Source: Mobula hypostoma
Lineage: Eukaryota
Assembly (NCBI RefSeq): GCF_963921235.1
Contig: NC_086097.1
Span: forward strand, 180,856,001-180,920,000
Direction of reading: 5' to 3'
DNA length: 64,000 nucleotides
Numbering within the stretch: the first letter of the stretch is position 1; each line of letters begins with the position of its first letter. Made by a program: the position numbers and the translations under genes. The notes under the pieces are model-generated. The model had not been told where the DNA came from. It saw only the letters and a list, made by a program, of their open reading frames with translations, and made no database searches. Positions 24,869-35,044 of this stretch are shown piece after piece.

Positions 24869-26339
24869 TAAAGTCTATGACTAGGTACCTTGACATCAGC
24901 CACAGGAATAATGATGCATTGTTTATGAATCTGCTGGTGGACCAATAACAGCAAATAATTGGTGATTCAACTCCTCTGAATTCACCACCAAGAATGAGAG
25001 TCTTGATTCACTCTCCAACAGGTTTAACTCTGAGTCTGGATCTTTCTCCACAGAAGCTACTTAACCTGTTGAGTGTTTCCAGCATTTTCTGTTTTTACTT
25101 TCAGATTTCAAGCATCTGCAGTTTTTTTGATCAATATAACCAAAAAATCCAACAGGAAATTCAGAAGAAGCTTCTTCATCCAAAGAATTTGGGTTGGATG
25201 CTCAAGAAGGTATTAATGTTGGTATGAACTGTGGGTTGAATGGTCTGTTTCTTTGTAGTGCCTCCCTTGCACCAATGACCAATGAACTGATGGAAGATAA
25301 CCGGTTTCGTAAGAGGGCGAGTGACCCTGCTTCTACAGCCAGCAGCTGTGTACCCAATGACACAGGGAGAAGAGAATCATCTCTAAGGACTGCAGCAGTT
25401 GAGAAGGTGGCTCACCACTGTTCACAAGGACAGTTAGGGATAAGCAATATTGCTGGTCTTGCTAGCAATTCCTGCATGCTTAAAATAATGAGTATAGTAG
25501 CATCACTATTGAGCAAGCCTAGAATATCAATGGATCCCATCATGGAATTAAATAAATTGAGAATATAAAAGCTATGAGCTTTTATATAAAACTATAGTTT
25601 TAATATAATATAAAATATATGAGCACTGGTGGCTAGAAACTACCATATTGTATCCCATGTTATATAATAAATGGAAATTATGTATGATAAGATGGACTTT
25701 TGGCCTCACAGTCTACCTCATTATCTTGCACTTTATCGTTGATTTGGACTGCACTTTTTGGGTAGTTGTTATATTTATTCCTTATTGTTAATGTTTTACC
25801 TTATTCTAGCTCAATATATTGTGTGATGATTTGATCTGTATGAACAGTTTGAAAGACAAACTTTTCACTATATCTTGGTAGTTTTGGCAATAATAAACCC
25901 ACACCAATACCAATAGTTAGAAACAATAATCTGGTTTTACATACTCACGCTGCAGTCCCTGAGATGTGACTACACTCCCGGTGCTGTTAGGGAAGGAGCC
26001 AGTGACAGTGAAGAAACAGTAAATATAGTTTTTCCAACCCAGAATAGTCTGTGGCTTGGAGGGCAACTTCCAGAAGGAAAGTGTTCCCCTGCACCTGCTT
26101 CCCCTTTCCTTTCAGGCGGTAGAGGCAGATGCTGTCTAGGAGTCTTGGTGAGTTGTTACAGAGCATTCTGTATGATACACACTGGGTGCTACTGTAAAAC
26201 AGGTGAAGTGAATGAATAGATGTAGACTGGGTGGCTGTCAAATGCACTGCTCTGACCTGTATGTAGTCAAAGCAGCACTCATCTGGGCAAGTGGAAGGTG
26301 TTCCATCACACTCCTTATTTGAGCCTTGTAGATGGTGGA

Positions 26340-26868
26340 TCGGGTGTATGAGGTATCTAGGGAGGGGTATGAGGTACCTCTCATTGGGGGGCCTGGCGTG
26401 CCCTTTTTCAGGGCAGCTCGTCCACCTTTGTTCCCCACCTGGCGCTCAGCTCTCACCTGTGGCTCCAAGTAGCTGTAACACGCACAGCGGCCACACCCTG
26501 GTAAACCGTCTCGGCAGGCGGGCCAATCCAGGTGAGGGTAGCCGACGGGTCTTCGACCCTCGGTGAGGTAGGGGATTTGCCTGTCCCAGCGTGTGAAGTC
26601 TGGCCATGGCGGATTGAGCGGAAGAGACCGATTAGTGGTCCAATGGTCAAGAAGGTGTTGTGGAGAGCTAAGAGCACGACAAGGCACTTAGACGTCCTAG
26701 TCATCCACTGCAAGAGGTGGTGATCTCTCTAAACTCACCCGGCAGAAGGCAAAGGCAAACCACTGCTGCAACCTACCACGTACATATTTCCCAATATGTC
26801 AGAGTGGCGTGGAGGGAAATCGTCCGCCAACTGGAAATTCCAGATGTGACCCAATGACGATGACAATG
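26340..26868 (+). mobile_element. Short (529 bp) non-autonomous RTE-derived retroelement
   Basis: 10-bp TSD agatggtgga (26330-26339, 26869-26878); RTE-like 3' motif ggcaaaggcaaaccactg; short atgac/gatgac repeat tail; interrupts an older minus-strand LINE. Confidence 0.8.
26341..26539 (+). ncRNA. HDV-like self-cleaving ribozyme fold
   Basis: P1, P1.1, P2, P3, P4 and J4/2 can be assigned in canonical order (see findings); two local mismatches. Confidence 0.7.
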
Positions 26869-29631
26869 AGATGGTGGACAAGTTTGGGATGTTGGGAGGT
26901 GAATTACTCACCACACGGGTCCGGTCTGTGACCTGCTCGTGTAGTCACACTGTGTATATGGTTACTCTGGTTCAGTTTCTGGTCAGGATATTGATATTGG
27001 GGCATTCAGTGATGGTGATGCCATTGAATGTCAGGGGCTGATAGACGGATTTCTCTTGTTGGAAATTGTCATTGCCTGCCATCTGTGTGGCACAAACATT
27101 ACTTGCCACCCATTAGCCGAGGCCTGAGTATCATACAGGTTATGCCATCTCTCAAATGGGACCACCGGAGGAGGTTGAGATGGATCATCCATTTGGCACT
27201 TAAGAACAGCAAAGGAACCTAGAGCACCTGTACCAACTGTGATTCCATCTGCCTGCATGTGGTCTGTACACCTCTACGCCTCACCATTCCCTGCCTGTCG
27301 AAATTACTCCTTAATCATCACTTTTAAATCTGTGTCCACCACCATCCCTATCGGTGCTTTCCTGGCACTCACTACTCTATGTTTATAAAAAAGCATTCCC
27401 CCCTCACCATAAAGCTATGCCATTGCCATAGCAATTGCCATTTCCACAGTGGGGAAAAAAGACTATCTACCCTATCCTTACCTCTCATGGTTTTATATAT
27501 TTCTACCAAGTCACCCCTCAGCCTATGATGCTCCAGAGAAAACCATCCAAACTTGTCCAATTCCCTTTTACAGATAATCTTTCTAATCCAGCCAACATCC
27601 TGGTGAACCTCTTCTGCACCCTCACCAGTCTCCACATTCTTCCTGTAATGCAGTGACAAGAATACATACAACACTCCAAATAATGGCCTGATCAAAGCTT
27701 TTATAAAGCTGCAACATGACTTCCCAATTTTCACACTCAGTGCCTCAGCCGATTAACATGCCGTTTGCCTTCTTCTAACACCTGATCTATTTGTGAGCTA
27801 TGGATTTGCACCTCAAGATCCCTCTGTACATCAGTACTCCCAACAGTTCTGCCATTTACTGCATAGTTTCCCATTATATTTGACCTCCTATAATTGTCAA
27901 CTCCACAAGAAACTCAGTCAAGTTCATAAGACATGACCTGCCTCATACGTAGCCATGCTAATTATTCCTAATAAGCCCATATTTTTACCAAATGCAAGTA
28001 AATCTTGTCCTTGAGAATTGTCTCCAGTAGCTTGCCTACTACTAATGTAAGGCTCACTGGTGGATTGTTGAATTATCCCTATTGCTGTTTTGAATAGAAG
28101 AACATCATTGGCTACTCTCCACAAAATGCTGAAAGAACTCAGCAAGCTGGGCAGCATCTATGGAAAAGAGTAATCAGTCGATGTTTAGGGCCGAGACCCT
28201 TCATCTGGATTGAAGAGAAGGAAGAAGTACAAGGTGTTAGATAATAGGTGAATCCAGGTAAATTAAAGAGCTGGGAAGCTGATAGGTGAAAAAGATAAAG
28301 GGCCAGAGAAGGGAGAATCTGATAGAAGAGGGTAGAAGACCATGGAAGAAAGGAAAGTGGGAGGAGAACCAGAGGGAGTTGGTGGGCAGGTAAGGAGTAC
28401 CCTCCTGGTACTTATCCTTGCAAGCAGAACAAATGGCATACTTGCCCCTACACCTCCTCCCTCACTACCATTCAAGGCCCCAACAGTCTTTCCAGGTGAG
28501 GAAACACTTCACCTGTGAGTCTGTTGGGGTTATCTTTTGTATCCGATGCTCCCAGTGTGGCCTCCTGTGTATCGGTGAGACCCAATGTAATAGAGAAATG
28601 GAGGTCATTTAAAGGTGAAATTTTGAGGGTACAGAATCTTTATGTTCCTGTTAGGTTGAAAGGAAAGGTTAAAAGTTTGAGAGAGCCGTGGTTTTCAAGG
28701 AATAATGGAAACTTGGTTCGGGAAAAGAGAGATATCTACAATAAATATAGGCAGCATGGAGTAAATGAGGTGCTCGAGGAATATAAAGAGTGTAAAAAGA
28801 ATCTTAAGAAAAAAATTTGGAAAGCTAAAAGAAGATATGAGGTTGCTTTGGCAAGTAAGGTGAAAATAAATCCAAAGGGTTTCTACAGTTATATTAATAG
28901 CAAAAGGATAGTGAGGGATAAAATTGGTCCCTCAGAGAATCAGAGTGGACAGCTATGTGTGGAACCAATAGAGTTGGGGGAGATTTTGAACAATTTCTTT
29001 TCTTTGGTATTCACTAAGGAGGAAGATATTGAATTGTGTAAGGTAAGGGAAATAAGTCCGGTAGTTATGGAAACTATGACGATTAAAGAAGAGGAAGTAC
29101 TGGAGCTTTTAAGGAATATAAAGGTGGATAAGTCTCTGGGTCCTGATGGGATATTCCCTAGGACCTTGAGGGAAGTTAGTGTAGAAATAGCAGGGGCTCT
29201 GACAGAAATATTTCAAATGTCATTAGAAACGGGAATGGTGCTGGAGGATTGGTGTATTGCTCATGTGGTTCCATTGTTTAAAAAGGGTTCTAAGTGTAAA
29301 CCTAGCAATTATCGGCCTGTAAGTTTGACGTCAGTGGTGGATAAATTAATGGAAAGTATTCTTAGAGATGGTATATATAATTATCTGGATAGACAGGGTC
29401 TGATTAGAAACAGTCAACATGAATTTGTGCGTGGAAGGTCATGTTTGACAAATCTTATTGAATTTTTTGAAGAGGTTACTAGGAAGGTTGACGAGAATAA
29501 AGCGGTGGATGTTGTCTATATAGACTTCAGTAAAGCCTTTGACAAGGTTCAATCGTTAGTTATTAATATTGAAGTAGTAAAATGGATTCAGCAGTGGCTG
29601 GATGGGAGACGCCAGAGAGTAGTGGTGGATA

Positions 29632-30245
29632 GCAACACACATCAAAGTTGCTGGTGAACGCAGCAGGCCAAGCAGCATCTATAGGAAGAGGCGCAGTCGA
29701 CGTTTCAGGCCGAGACCCTTCGTCAGGACTAACTGAAGGAAGAGTGAGTAAGGGATTTGAAAGCTGGAGGGGGAGGGGGAGATGCAAAATGATAGGAGAA
29801 GACAGGAGGGGGAGGGATAGAGCCGAGAGCTGGACAGGTGATAGGCAAAAGGGGATACGAGAGGATCATGGGACAGGAGGTCCGGGAAGAAAGACGGGGG
29901 GTGGGGGGTGACCCAGAGGATGGGCAAGAGGTATATTCAGAGGGACAGAGGGAGAAAAAGGAGAGTGAGAGAAAGAATGTGTGCATAAAAATGAGTAACA
30001 GATGGGGTACGAGGGGGAGGTGGGGCCTAGCGGAAGTTAGAGAAGTCAATGTTCATGCCATCAGGTTGGAGGCTACCCAGACGGAATATAAGGTGTTGTT
30101 CCTCCAACCTGAGTGTGGCTTCATCTTTACAGTAGAGGAGGCCGTGGATAGACATGTCAGAATGGGAATGGGATGTGGAATTAAAATGTGTGGCCACTGG
30201 GAGATCCTGCTTTCTCTGGCGGACAGAGCGTAGATGTTCAGCAAA
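29632..30245 (-). mobile_element. Young Penelope-like 3' fragment
   Basis: TSD gtggata (29625-29631, 30246-30252); near-identical to about 62125-62735. Confidence 0.92.
29695..29730 (-). ncRNA. Minimal type I hammerhead ribozyme
   Basis: AGUC-CUGACGA-AGG-GUCUCGG-CCU-GAAA-CGUC-GACU: intact core boxes and stems I and II. Confidence 0.82.
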
Positions 30246-30584
30246 GTGGATAACTGTTTGTCAGATTGGAGGCTGGTGACTGGTGGTGTGCCTCAGGGAT
30301 CTGTACTGGGTCCAATGTTGTTTGTCATATACATTAATGATCTGGATGATGGGGTGGTAAACTGGATGAGAAAGTATGCAGATGATACTACGATAGGTGG
30401 AGTTGTGGATAATGAAGTAGGTTTTCAAAGCTTGCAGAGAGATTTAGGCCAGATAGAAGAGTGGGCCGAAAGATGGCAGATGGACTTTAATGCTGAAAAA
30501 TGTGAGGTGCTACATTTCGGTAGGACTAATCAAAATAGGACATACATGGTAAATGGTAGGGCATTGAAGAATGCAGTAGAACAG

Positions 30585-30907
30585 GATTCGAAGAAGGAGT
30601 CTGAGAGTCTGAGTGGGAGTGCCGAGAAAGAGATTTTTGCAATTTTCGTTATTTTTTTTCTCCAACGGCTTTCTGAGAGGCGGGACTGCGCAGGCGTGTG
30701 ATGTCGGGCAGTGCAGCGCGGCAGATTTAAAAGGGCAGACATCCTGCTTCGGGTTTGATTCGAAGAAGGAGTCTGAGAGTCTGAGTGGGAGTGCCGAGAA
30801 AGAGATTTTTGAAATTTTCGTTATTTTTTTTTTCTCCAACGGCTTTCTGAGAGGCGGGACTGCGCAGGCGTGTGACGTCGGGCAGTGCAGCGCGGCAGAT
30901 TTAAAAG
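30585..30907 (+). repeat. Tandem 172-bp unit in CR1 5' UTR (about 1.9 copies)
   Basis: gattcgaagaaggagtctg... starts at 30585 and again at 30757. Confidence 0.92.
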
Positions 30908-31070
30908 GAACAAAGCCTCATAGAGCGGGCAGCGTAGTTTGCGGGCGGCGGAGTGAGCCGGGAGCAGAGTGAAGACTTAAGGGCTTCGGCTCAATGGGCT
31001 TAGGCGGAAGCGGGCGAGGCGAGGAAGGTTTGACATTCATTTTCTGTTGCTATTTGAGGAGAGGGGCATT

Positions 31071-32006
31071 ATGACTGTGAGGGCAGTTTGCTGTTCTCGG
31101 TGTCGGATGTGGGAGGCCCTGGAGTCTCCAAGCCTCCCGGACGTCTACATCTGCGCCAAGTGCATCGAGATGCAGCTCCTAAGGGACCGCGTTACGGAAC
31201 TGGAGCTGCAGCTCGATGACCTTCGTCTGGTCAGGGAGAGCGAGGAGGTGATAGAGAGGAGTGGAAGGCAGGTGGTCACGCCGGGGCCACGGGAGGCAGA
31301 CAAGTGGGTCACGGTTAGGAGGGGGAAGGGGAAAAGGCAGGTGATGGGGAGTACCCCGGTGGCTGTGCCCCTTAACAACAGGTACTCCTGTTTGAGTACT
31401 GTTGGGGGGGACAGCTTACCCAGGGGAAGCGACAGTGGCCGTGCCTCCGGCACAGAGTCTGGCCCTGTAGCTCAGAAGGGTAGGGCAAGGAAGAGGAGGG
31501 CAGTTGTGATAGGGGACTCGATAGTAAGGGGGTCAGATAGGCGATTCTGTGGACGCAGTCCAGAGACCCGGATGGTAGTTTGCCTCCCTGGTGCCAGGGT
31601 CCGGGATACTTCTGATCGTGTCCAAGATATCCTGAAGTGGGAGGGTGAGGAGCCAGAGGTCGTGGTACATATAGGTACCAATGACATAGGTAGGAAAAGG
31701 GAAGAGGTCCTGAAAGGAGAATATAGGGAGCTAGGAAGGGAGTTGAGAAAAAGGACCGCAAAGGTAGTAATCTCGGGATTACTGCCTGTGCCACGCGACA
31801 GTGAGAGTAGGAATGCGATGAGGTGGAGGATAAATGCGTGGCTGAGGGATTGGAGCAGGGGGCAGGGATTCAAGTTTTTGGATCATTGGGACCTCTTTTG
31901 GCGCAGGCGTGACCTGTACAAAAAGGACGGGTTACACTTGAATCCTAGGGGGACCAATATCCTGGCAGGGAGATTAGCGGGGGCTACTGAGGTGACTTTA
32001 AACTAG
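31071..32006 (+). CDS. CR1 ORF1p: Cys-rich zinc finger, leucine zipper, SGNH esterase
   Basis: CSRC...CAKC, LELQLDDL, VIGDS, HIGTND, DGLHLN motifs; 311 aa from ATG. Confidence 0.93.
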   Translation: MTVRAVCCSRCRMWEALESPSLPDVYICAKCIEMQLLRDRVTELELQLDDLRLVRESEEVIERSGRQVVTPGPREADKWVTVRRGKGKRQVMGSTPVAVPLNNRYSCLSTVGGDSLPRGSDSGRASGTESGPVAQKGRARKRRAVVIGDSIVRGSDRRFCGRSPETRMVVCLPGARVRDTSDRVQDILKWEGEEPEVVVHIGTNDIGRKREEVLKGEYRELGRELRKRTAKVVISGLLPVPRDSESRNAMRWRINAWLRDWSRGQGFKFLDHWDLFWRRRDLYKKDGLHLNPRGTNILAGRLAGATEVTLN

Positions 32007-32011
32007 AATGG

Positions 32012-35000
32012 TTGGGGGGTGGGAATCAAATTAAAGAGGCTAGGCGTGAGGAGGTTAGTTCACAACAGAGGGATGGGAACCAGTGCAGAGAGACAGAGGG
32101 GTGTAAAGTGAGCGTAGAAGCAAAAAGTACAAAGGAGAAAAGTAAAAGTGGCAGGCCAACAAATCCAGGGCAAGCATTAAAAAGGGCCACTTTTCAACAT
32201 AATTGTACAAGGGCTAAGAGAGTTGTAAAAGAGCGCCTGAAGGCTTTATGTGTCAATGCAAGGAGCATTCGTAATAAGGTGGATGAATTGAAAGCGCAGA
32301 TTGTTATTAATGATTATGATATAGTTGGGATCACAGAGGCATGGCTCCAGGGTGACCAGGGATGGGAGCTCAACGTTCAGGGATATTCAATATTCAGGAG
32401 GGATAGACATGAAGGAAGGGGAGGTGGGGTGGCGTTGCTGGTTAAAGAAGAGATTAACGCAATAGAAAGGAAGGACATAAGCCGGGAAGATGTGGAATCG
32501 ATATGGGTAGAGCTGCGTAACACTAAGGGGCAGAAGACGCTGGTGGGAGTTGTGTACAGGCCACCTAACAGTAGTAGTGAGGTCGGAGATGGTATTAAAC
32601 AGGAAATTAGAAATGTGTACAATAAAGGAACAGCAGTTATAATGGGTGACTTCAATCTACATGTAGACTGGGTGAACCAAATTGGTAAAGGTACTGAGGA
32701 AGAGGATTTCTTGGAATGTATGCGGGATGGTTTTTTGAACCAACATGTCGAGGAACCAACTGGAGAGCAGGCTATTCTGGACTGGGTTTTGAGCAATGAG
32801 GAAGGGTTAATTAGCAATCTTGTCGTGAGAGGCCCCTTGGGTAAGAGTGACCATAATATGGTGGAATTCTTCATTAATATGGAGAGTGACATAGTTAATT
32901 CAGAAACAAAGGTTCTGAACTTAAAGAGGGGTAACTTTGAAGGTATGAGACGTGAATTAGCTAAGATAGACTGGCAAATGACACTTAAAGGATTGACGGT
33001 GGATATGCAATGGCAAGCATTTAAAGGTTGCATGGATGAACTACAACAATTGTTCATCCCAGTTTGGCAAAAGAATAAATCAAGGAAGGTAGTGCACCCG
33101 TGGCTGACAAGAGAAATTAGGGATAGTATCAATTCCAAAGAAGAAGCATACAAATTAGCCAGAGAAAGTGGCTCACCTGAGGACTGGGAGAAATTCAGAG
33201 TTCAGCAGAGGAGGACAAAGGGCTTAATTAGGAAGGGAAGAAAAGATTATGAGAGAAAACTGGCAGCGAACATAAAAACGGACTGTAAAAGCTTTTATAG
33301 ATATGTAAAAAGGAAAAGACTGGTAAAGACAAATGTAGGTCCCCTGCAGACAGAAACAGGTGAATTGATTATGTGGAGCAAGGACATGGCAGACCAATTG
33401 AATAATTACTTTGGTTCTGTCTTCACTAAGGAGGACATAAATAATCTTCCAGAAATAGTAAGGGACAGAGGGTCCAGTGAGATGGAGGAACTGAGTGAAA
33501 TACATGTTAGTAGGGAAGTGGTGTTAGGTAAATTGAAGGGATTGAAGGCAGATAAATCCCCAGGGCCAGATGGTCTGCATCCTAGAGTGCTTAAGGAAGT
33601 AGCCCAAGAAATAGTGGATGCATTAGTGATAATTTTTCAAAACTCGTTAGATTCTGGACTAGTTCCTGAGGATTGGAGGGTGGCTAATGTAACCCCACTT
33701 TTTAAAAAAGGAGGGAGAGAGAAACCGGGGAATTATAGACCGGTTAGCCTAACGTCGGTGGTGGGGAAACTGCTGGAGTCAGTTATCAAGGATGTGATAA
33801 CAGCACATTTGGAAAGCGGAAAAATGATCGGACAAAGTCAGCATGGATTTGTGAAAGGAAAATCATGTCTGACGAATCTCATAGAATTTTTTGAGGATGT
33901 AACTAGTAGAGTGGATAGGGGAGAACCAGTGGATGTGGTATATTTGGATTTTCAAAAGGCTTTTGACAAGGTCCCACACAGGAGATTAGTGTGCAAACTT
34001 AAAGCACACGGTATTGGGGGTAAGGTATTGGTGTGGGTGGAGAATTGGTTGGCAGACAGGAAGCAAAGAGTGGGAATAAACGGGACCTTTTCAGAATGGC
34101 AGGCGGTGACTAGTGGGGTACCGCAAGGCTCAGTGCTGGGACCCCAGTTGTTTACAATATATATTAATGCCTTGGATGAGGGAATTAAATGCAGCATCTC
34201 CAAGTTAGCGGATGACACGAAGCTGGGTGGCAGTGTTAGCAGTGAGGAGGATGCTAAGAGGATGCAGGGTGACTTGGATAGGTTGGGTGAGTGGGCAAAC
34301 TCATGGCAGATGCAATTTAATGTGGATAAATGTGAAGTTATCCACTTTGGTGGCAAAAATAGGAAAACAGATTATTATCTGAATGGTGGCCGATTAGGAA
34401 AAGGGGAGGTGCAACGAGACCTGGGTGTCATTATACACCAGTCATTGAAAGTGGGCATGCAGGTACAGCAGGCGGTGAAAAAGGCGAATGGTATGCTGGC
34501 ATTTATAGCGAGAGGATTCGAGTACAGGAGCAGGGAGGTACTACTGCAGTTGTACAAGGCCTTGGTGAGACCACACCTGGAGTATTGTGTGCAGTTTTGG
34601 TCCCCTAATCTGAGGAAATACATCTTTGCCATAGAGGGAGTACAAAGAAGGTTCACCAGATTGATTCCTGGGATGGCAGGACTTTCATATGAAGAAAGAC
34701 TGGATGAACTGGGCTTGTACTCGTTGGAATTTAGAAGATTGAGGGGGGATCTGATTGAAACGTATAAGATCCTAAAGGGATTGGACAGGCTAGATGCAGG
34801 AAGATTGTTCCTGATGTTGGGGAAGTCCAGAACGAGGGGTCACAGTTTGAGGATAGAGGGGAAGCCTTTTAGGACCGAGATTAGGAAAAACTTCTTCACA
34901 CAGAGAGTGGTGAATCTGTGGAATTCTCTGCCACAGCAAACTGTTGAGGCCAGTTCATTGGCTATGTTTAAGAGGGAGTTAGATATGGCCCTTGTGGCTA

Positions 35001-35044
35001 CAGGGGTCAGGGGGTATGGAGGGAAGGCTGGGGCGGGGTTCTGA
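32012..35044 (+). CDS. CR1 ORF2p: AP endonuclease plus reverse transcriptase (no ATG start)
   Basis: Open 1010 codons; NARS, GDFN, SDH, GVPQGSVLGP, LADD. Confidence 0.93.
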   Translation: MGGGNQIKEARREEVSSQQRDGNQCRETEGCKVSVEAKSTKEKSKSGRPTNPGQALKRATFQHNCTRAKRVVKERLKALCVNARSIRNKVDELKAQIVINDYDIVGITEAWLQGDQGWELNVQGYSIFRRDRHEGRGGGVALLVKEEINAIERKDISREDVESIWVELRNTKGQKTLVGVVYRPPNSSSEVGDGIKQEIRNVYNKGTAVIMGDFNLHVDWVNQIGKGTEEEDFLECMRDGFLNQHVEEPTGEQAILDWVLSNEEGLISNLVVRGPLGKSDHNMVEFFINMESDIVNSETKVLNLKRGNFEGMRRELAKIDWQMTLKGLTVDMQWQAFKGCMDELQQLFIPVWQKNKSRKVVHPWLTREIRDSINSKEEAYKLARESGSPEDWEKFRVQQRRTKGLIRKGRKDYERKLAANIKTDCKSFYRYVKRKRLVKTNVGPLQTETGELIMWSKDMADQLNNYFGSVFTKEDINNLPEIVRDRGSSEMEELSEIHVSREVVLGKLKGLKADKSPGPDGLHPRVLKEVAQEIVDALVIIFQNSLDSGLVPEDWRVANVTPLFKKGGREKPGNYRPVSLTSVVGKLLESVIKDVITAHLESGKMIGQSQHGFVKGKSCLTNLIEFFEDVTSRVDRGEPVDVVYLDFQKAFDKVPHRRLVCKLKAHGIGGKVLVWVENWLADRKQRVGINGTFSEWQAVTSGVPQGSVLGPQLFTIYINALDEGIKCSISKLADDTKLGGSVSSEEDAKRMQGDLDRLGEWANSWQMQFNVDKCEVIHFGGKNRKTDYYLNGGRLGKGEVQRDLGVIIHQSLKVGMQVQQAVKKANGMLAFIARGFEYRSREVLLQLYKALVRPHLEYCVQFWSPNLRKYIFAIEGVQRRFTRLIPGMAGLSYEERLDELGLYSLEFRRLRGDLIETYKILKGLDRLDAGRLFLMLGKSRTRGHSLRIEGKPFRTEIRKNFFTQRVVNLWNSLPQQTVEASSLAMFKRELDMALVATGVRGYGGKAGAGF

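Noticed and set aside
26238..26723. Several overlapping ORFs over the GC-rich short element
   Set aside because: Better explained by structured non-coding RNA; no protein motifs
30585..30907. Direct repeats as a possible CRISPR-like array
   Set aside because: Eukaryotic context; 172-bp tandem units with no unique spacers
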